From Planctomycetota bacterium (lineage in GTDB: Bacteria > Planctomycetota > MHYJ01 > WSZJ01): 64,000 nt of DNA. Position numbers and translations under genes: made by a program. Where the stretch lies: assembly GCA_038060895.1 (NCBI GenBank), contig JBBTCT010000022.1:320001-384000 (forward strand). Direction: 5' to 3'. Under the pieces are notes generated by a model. The model worked only from the letters and a program-made list of their open reading frames with translations. It ran no database searches and had not been told where the DNA came from. Shown here in pieces: positions 58,785-64,000 of this stretch (its first letter is position 1; each line of letters opens with the position of its first letter).

Positions 58785-60848
58785 CTACTTCGGTTTCCGG
58801 GCCAGGAAGCTCGAAACGCCCTCCGGCACGAACGCCTGGTCGGCGGTGATGATGATGGAAGCGATTTCGACCTGTCCGTCGGGGGCGACGATGGAAATCT
58901 TGTGGTCCCCCTTGATCATGGTCTGGAGCTGCGCGCCGCCGCGGGGGCCGGGGAGGAGATCCCAGATCGGGGGCGGGTCGACCCCCGGGCCGAGGCCGCC
59001 GACGAGATCCCAGCGCGCCTGCCAGTTGCGCGGCTGGTCGCCGTCGATGGAGACGCGAAGCGGCGGCGGCTGCCCGGCGCGAAGCTGGCGTAGCGAGACC
59101 CATACGACGACGTCGGTCGGTTCGGGGAGGTCAACCGTGATGTCCACCGGCGCGCGCTTGTTGACGGGGATGACCTTGTGAAACGCCGGGGACCTGGGTG
59201 TCTTGACTTTCGAGGCGGCGGAAGAGGCGCTTTCGTTTCCGGCGCCGTCAACCGCGGTCACGGCGATGGCGTACTCGGCGCCGGCAGAGAGGCCCCATTC
59301 GACATGGCGCGTGGCCGGGGTCGAAGCGACGCGCGCGGCGGACGCGCGCTTCTCAGCGCCCGGGCCGCAGTAGACGTTGTAGTACACGACGTCGAGGTCG
59401 TCCGGGGCATCCCAACCGATCTCGACGGTCCAGGCATCGAGCGCGCCGCACTGGACCCCGGCAGGGGCCCTGGGCGCCGTCGTATCCGTGTGCTCGGACT
59501 CGAGGCCGCTGTGCTCAACCGCGGTCACGGCGTACGTCCCGCCCATTTCGACCTCGCAACCCGTCTCACGCGAGAGCTCGCGCTTCAGCAGTTTGCCGTC
59601 CTTCCAGATGTGATACCCCGCGAGTTCGCGGCATCGCGCGGGAGCCTTCCATGTCAATGCTGTGCCCTTTCGTGTGACCTCGCGCGGAGGATCCGGAAGG
59701 CGGCGAACGGCCACGTAAAAATCGATGTCGCCGAGCATGGTGCTGGCGTAGCCGACCTTGGTGCCGTCGGGGGAAGCGACGGGCTGGGACTCGGTGTTCC
59801 AGCCGCCGTACCCCAGCTGCGTGTTGGGGACGCAGACAGGGGAGATCTTCCCGGTGTCCGAGGCCACCGTGGCGACCTGGTTGCCCAGGCTCGCCAGGAG
59901 CCAGGCGTCCTCGCAGCCCCACGAAAGAAAAACACCGCGGTCGTTCGCGAGGCGCGCGAGCGGCCGGTTTTCTCCCTTCGCCACGTCGAACACCACGATG
60001 TCGCGCCGGAGGTGCGCGACCATTTTCCCCGAGGGGCTGGCGACGCCGTTCTGGAAGTGGACCGGGTCCAGCAGGTTCAGGGTCCCGCCCCTGGCGACGT
60101 CGCAGAGGAACATGCCGTCCTTGTACTCGCGATCCTGCGGTCTCTCGTAGTCGACCAGAAACGCCGCGTCGGCGCGCTTCAGAAACCACGCCTCGTGCGT
60201 CACGTCCGCAAGCTTGAACTTCCGCGGCAGTCCCGTCCCGGCCGCATCGATGATCCACGCCCACGACTCAGCGCCGTTCCGGTCCTGCGGGTTTTCGATC
60301 ACGAGCAGCCACTTTCCGTCGGGGCTCGGGGGAGAGAGCGACGTGCGGCCTGCGGGCAGCTTCCAGAGGGCAGTCTTCTCCCCCGTGAGTGCGTCGGCGC
60401 GCTGGAGCTCCTGCGCGCCTCCGTCGAGGACGAAGGCGATCTTCGGATCGTCCGCGCTCCAGGCGCTCCATCCCCACCCGAACCACTGCCACCCCGATCC
60501 GTCCGTGCGCGCGAGCCACGTTCCACCGCGCTCGCCGCGGATCCCCGTCAGCGCCAGCAGAGACCCGTCCGCATTCCACGGCGAGCGGAACGCGTCGTGC
60601 CGGTTCACGCCCGGCGTTCCGCTCATCCGCCACGCCGTCGTCCCCGTCGTCGCATCCTTGTAGACCACGCGCTCCGACCGCCACTTTCCCTCCGCCAGGG
60701 CCAGCCTCTCGAACGGCTTCACGCGTCCGCGCCTCGCCAGTTGCCGAAGCGCGTGAATCTCCTGATCCGGCGGTTCGGCGGCCAGCGCGGGAAGCGCCAG
60801 GGCGGCGAAGGCCATAAGAGCGCGACGTACGTGAATGGGAGCGGCCAT
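58785..60848 (-). CDS. secreted beta-propeller (oligogalacturonate-lyase/TolB-like) + fibronectin type III protein
   Basis: YKDATTG…WNADGS and SPDG repeats; YAVTAV…GLES and YAIAVTAVDGAGNES FN3 motifs. Confidence 0.75.
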   Translation of the reverse strand: MAAPIHVRRALMAFAALALPALAAEPPDQEIHALRQLARRGRVKPFERLALAEGKWRSERVVYKDATTGTTAWRMSGTPGVNRHDAFRSPWNADGSLLALTGIRGERGGTWLARTDGSGWQWFGWGWSAWSADDPKIAFVLDGGAQELQRADALTGEKTALWKLPAGRTSLSPPSPDGKWLLVIENPQDRNGAESWAWIIDAAGTGLPRKFKLADVTHEAWFLKRADAAFLVDYERPQDREYKDGMFLCDVARGGTLNLLDPVHFQNGVASPSGKMVAHLRRDIVVFDVAKGENRPLARLANDRGVFLSWGCEDAWLLASLGNQVATVASDTGKISPVCVPNTQLGYGGWNTESQPVASPDGTKVGYASTMLGDIDFYVAVRRLPDPPREVTRKGTALTWKAPARCRELAGYHIWKDGKLLKRELSRETGCEVEMGGTYAVTAVEHSGLESEHTDTTAPRAPAGVQCGALDAWTVEIGWDAPDDLDVVYYNVYCGPGAEKRASAARVASTPATRHVEWGLSAGAEYAIAVTAVDGAGNESASSAASKVKTPRSPAFHKVIPVNKRAPVDITVDLPEPTDVVVWVSLRQLRAGQPPPLRVSIDGDQPRNWQARWDLVGGLGPGVDPPPIWDLLPGPRGGAQLQTMIKGDHKISIVAPDGQVEIASIIITADQAFVPEGVSSFLARKPK

Positions 60849-60915
60849 GCGGGCATCGTAGCCGCTTCGCTTGCCAATTGACGACGGCGGGTCGCGCTTC
60901 GCACACTTCGGGGCC

Positions 60916-63489
60916 ATGAGATTCCTGATCCGAACTTTCTTCCTGGTGCTCGCCCTCCACGCGCCCGCCTTCGCCGAGAGCGCCGACAAGCCGATCAATC
61001 TCCTGCGCAAGGCGATTGCCGGCGAAGAACCGGTTCCCGCCGGCCTCGCCGACGACAACCCGGCCACGGTCGCGAGCGGTCCGGCGCCTCTGGAAGTCGT
61101 GTTCGAGTTCGCGGACGTGGTGAGCCCGGAACAGATCGTCGTGCGCATTCCAAAGGGATCTTCGGCTGCATCAAAAGTCGAAGTCCTGGCCTCCACCGTC
61201 TCGCGCGACGGCGGGTTCGTGTTCGTGCGCGGAGACGCCCTTCGCGTCGGCGACATCGGGGCGCAGACATTCCCGCTGCCCGTCACCGGTGCCAGGTGGG
61301 TCATGCTGCGCTTCGCGGGGCAGGCCGGCTCGGAAGAAGCCGCCGTGGCGGATGTCGCGCTGATGGGGCGGGAAGGCCCGCCTCGCAGCCTCTACGAGTT
61401 CAGCGAGTCGCCGGCGAAAGCGCTCGAGATGGTCGCCGGGCTCAAGAGCCTGACGCACCTCAAGATCGAAATCACGCCCGACGAGACGAGCCTCTTTGAG
61501 GACGCGAAGGACGGCAAGCTCGACACGTGGACTTTCGCGGAAGCGGCGCTTCTGGCCTCGGGCGCCACCGACAAAGCCCGCCGCGGGGAGTACGCAACTC
61601 GCATCGACGCGCTCTTTGAAGATGCGAAGAAAGTGAGCGAAGCCGGCAAGACCGCGGCCGAAAAGGGCGAGCTGCTGCTCAAGTGGCTTCACGCCGGCCC
61701 GATGAAAAAGGGCTACGTTTCCAACCAGACCGACGTCTCGGTCATCCTCGACTCCGGGACCTTCAACTGCGTGTCGTCGGCCGCGCTCTACAACATCCTC
61801 GGCCGCCGGCTCGGGCTCGACCTGCGCGCCATCGAGGTCCCCGACCATGCGTTCGCGATCTTCTACGACGGCGCGACGCACGCCGACGTCGAGACGACGA
61901 CCGCGATGGGATTCAACCCGTCGCGCGACCAGAAGGCCGTCAAGGCGTTCGAGAAGCAGACCGGCTTCACCTACATCCCCGACAAGCACCGGGCCCAGCG
62001 CCGCGAAGTCGGCGAGACCGGGCTGGTCGCGATCATCTTCTACAACCACGGCGTCATGCTCAGCCTCGGGAAAGAACACCTCAAGGCGATCCTCAGCTTT
62101 TTCCGCGCCATGAGCATGGACCCCGAGTTCGGCTCGGCGGTGAAGAACGCGCTCGCTTCGCTGACCCAGTGGAGCCTCGAGCTGGCCAGGGAGGGGAAGT
62201 TCGCGGAAGCGGCCGCCGTGATCGACACCGGCGTCGGCCTGGCGCCCGGAGACCGGACTCTCGTCCACAACCGCAAGTACGTCTGGCACCAGTGGGCCGA
62301 GGCGGAGATGAAGGCCGGACGCGAGGAAGCGGCGGTCGCCGTGCTGCGCGACGCCGCGGCGAAAGTGCCCGCGGAAGCGGAGACGTGGAATTCGATGCAG
62401 GCCGGGCTTTTCATCAAGCGGGGAGAAGCGCTCATCAAGGAGAAGCAGTGGGAGAAGGCGCTTGAGACGGGAGCCGCTTCCAGACTCGAAGACAAGCCGC
62501 GCGAGCAGCTCGACGCCTGGCGCTCGGGCGTCCGCACCCGGTGGGCGCTCAGCCTCGTCAAGGAGAAGGCGTACGAAAAGGCGATGGAGCTCCTGGCGGC
62601 GAACCCTCGGGACAAGCGCACGGTCCAGAACATCGTGTTCGTCGTGCAGGAGTGGGCCTTCGCATCCAGCGACGACGACGCGCTGAAAATCCTCCGGGCG
62701 CAGGTGAAGCGCTTTGAGGACATCCCGGGCGTGAAGAAAGTCGCGGCCGCGCACCCGGAGAGAGCAATCGCGGCGCTGATCAAGGGCGGAAAGTTCGAGG
62801 AGTCGGTCGCCTGCGCGGAGCGCTTCGCCGATTTCCTCCGCGAGTTGTCCGCGGACCCCGACCGCCTGCTTCTGGTCGCCTGGGACGGATGGGGGCAGAC
62901 CTTCCTGAAGAAGAAGGACTGGAGCGGTGCGGCCGGCGTTTACGACAAGGCACTGAAAAAGCTCCCCGAAGAAAAGCTGTTTCTGACCAATCTCAAGTAC
63001 GTCGCCCAGGAATGGTCACGGGACGCGTACGCAAAAGAAGGCGAGGCGCGCGCAAAGGAGATTCTCCAGGTGTACGCCGCGCGCTTTCCGGACGTCGCCC
63101 AGGGCCACGTCCAGTGGGTCGTGGCGACGCTGTGCAAGGAGGGCAGGTTCGAGGAGGCCGTCGGGGCTGCGGGGCGGCACAAGGAGCTGGTCAAGGACGC
63201 CGCCGCCGTCGCGCGCCCCGCGTACGACCAGTGGGCCGGTTCGCATTCGAAGAAGAAGGAGTGGAAAGAAGCGACCGAAGTTTATGGCCGCGGCCTGAAG
63301 GAATACCCGGGCGACAAGGCCCTGGAGAACAACGCGACCGTGGCGTGGGACAACTGGGCGCGGACGTTCTGGCCCGCGAAGGACTGGGCCGGCGCGATCA
63401 GGATCTACGACGAAGGCCTCGCGCAACTCCCCGGCAGCAAAGTGCTTCTGCAGAACCGGAAGTACTGCGAGGACCAGTCGAAGAAGTAG
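60916..63489 (+). CDS. secreted protein: discoidin-like + transglutaminase-like + TPR-like repeats
   Basis: FNCVSS…PDHAF…DVETT Cys-His-Asp/Glu pattern; helical repeats. Confidence 0.75.
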   Translation: MRFLIRTFFLVLALHAPAFAESADKPINLLRKAIAGEEPVPAGLADDNPATVASGPAPLEVVFEFADVVSPEQIVVRIPKGSSAASKVEVLASTVSRDGGFVFVRGDALRVGDIGAQTFPLPVTGARWVMLRFAGQAGSEEAAVADVALMGREGPPRSLYEFSESPAKALEMVAGLKSLTHLKIEITPDETSLFEDAKDGKLDTWTFAEAALLASGATDKARRGEYATRIDALFEDAKKVSEAGKTAAEKGELLLKWLHAGPMKKGYVSNQTDVSVILDSGTFNCVSSAALYNILGRRLGLDLRAIEVPDHAFAIFYDGATHADVETTTAMGFNPSRDQKAVKAFEKQTGFTYIPDKHRAQRREVGETGLVAIIFYNHGVMLSLGKEHLKAILSFFRAMSMDPEFGSAVKNALASLTQWSLELAREGKFAEAAAVIDTGVGLAPGDRTLVHNRKYVWHQWAEAEMKAGREEAAVAVLRDAAAKVPAEAETWNSMQAGLFIKRGEALIKEKQWEKALETGAASRLEDKPREQLDAWRSGVRTRWALSLVKEKAYEKAMELLAANPRDKRTVQNIVFVVQEWAFASSDDDALKILRAQVKRFEDIPGVKKVAAAHPERAIAALIKGGKFEESVACAERFADFLRELSADPDRLLLVAWDGWGQTFLKKKDWSGAAGVYDKALKKLPEEKLFLTNLKYVAQEWSRDAYAKEGEARAKEILQVYAARFPDVAQGHVQWVVATLCKEGRFEEAVGAAGRHKELVKDAAAVARPAYDQWAGSHSKKKEWKEATEVYGRGLKEYPGDKALENNATVAWDNWARTFWPAKDWAGAIRIYDEGLAQLPGSKVLLQNRKYCEDQSKK

Positions 63490-63494
63490 CCGGC

Positions 63495-64000
63495 CTACTT
63501 CCCGTCCGGCGGCTCGGTACCTTCCGGTTCGTCGTCCGTCCCGACTTCCCGGAACACGACGGACGTCCCGCTTCCGCCGAAATCCACCAGCTTCCCGGAT
63601 TTCTTCAGCTCCTCGTACTTGTCCTGCTGCGCCAGGTCGAGCTCGCGCTTCACCGATTCATCGCACTTCTTCCGGAGATCTTCCGATTTCTCCTGCGTCG
63701 CGCGCCAGTCCTTCCGCGCCTCCTCGCTCTGCCACATGTCCATCGTCGCGTCGTCCCGTTCCTTCAGGTGCCCCGCGATGCGCGTTTTCTGGATCGGCGA
63801 GAGTTTCAGCTCTCGCTCCATGACCGTCATCGGGTCTTCCCAGTTCATGAGCGACGCCAGCGGGTTCTTCTTGTCGCGCGCCGCGAGCTTCTTCTCGATC
63901 AGCGCCTCAACGTCCTGTTCCGACATGGCCTCGCCCGCCGCCCGCCGCGGAGACTTCAGGCCGGCTGCTGAATCGGTACCCGACCCGGCGGAGCCTGTTG
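63495..64000 (-). CDS. hypothetical protein (probably partial at window edge)
   Basis: Coding-like ORF with ELKLSPIQK…ELDLAQQDKY (LTxxQ-like) motifs. Confidence 0.6.
   Translation of the reverse strand, partial: TGSAGSGTDSAAGLKSPRRAAGEAMSEQDVEALIEKKLAARDKKNPLASLMNWEDPMTVMERELKLSPIQKTRIAGHLKERDDATMDMWQSEEARKDWRATQEKSEDLRKKCDESVKRELDLAQQDKYEELKKSGKLVDFGGSGTSVVFREVGTDDEPEGTEPPDGK

Overview
High-GC bacterial chromosomal window with about 55 CDS. A Planctomycetota-like origin is inferred from the many Ser/Thr kinases, TPR/propeller secreted proteins, a prepilin-type protein and the futalosine-pathway gene mqnD. Housekeeping and metabolic genes include acs, nfo, mqnD, efp, a frameshifted metH, a core methionine-synthase homologue, pepD and arfB. 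There is also a Tro/Mnt metal ABC operon with a DtxR-family regulator, a sulfonate/nitrate-type ABC pair, an NrfC/NrfD fusion plus molybdopterin oxidoreductase, and hicAB. The most notable signals are: (1) an ORF6N-domain gene whose internal 25-bp coding palindrome recurs as five covarying variants in both non-coding flanks; (2) a DUF692/MNIO bufferin-like cluster with a Tat-lipoprotein four-repeat precursor and two nearby CxxC-x8-CxxC repeat lipoproteins; (3) a thioredoxin-like selenoprotein candidate (UxxC plus SECIS-like hairpin) split by the ORF caller; (4) a CorA fused to a voltage-sensor-like domain; (5) a Cys-Cys leader peptide upstream of the ABC genes. No rRNA, tRNA, CRISPR array or transposase was recognised. 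All calls come from motif reading by eye; no database searches were run.
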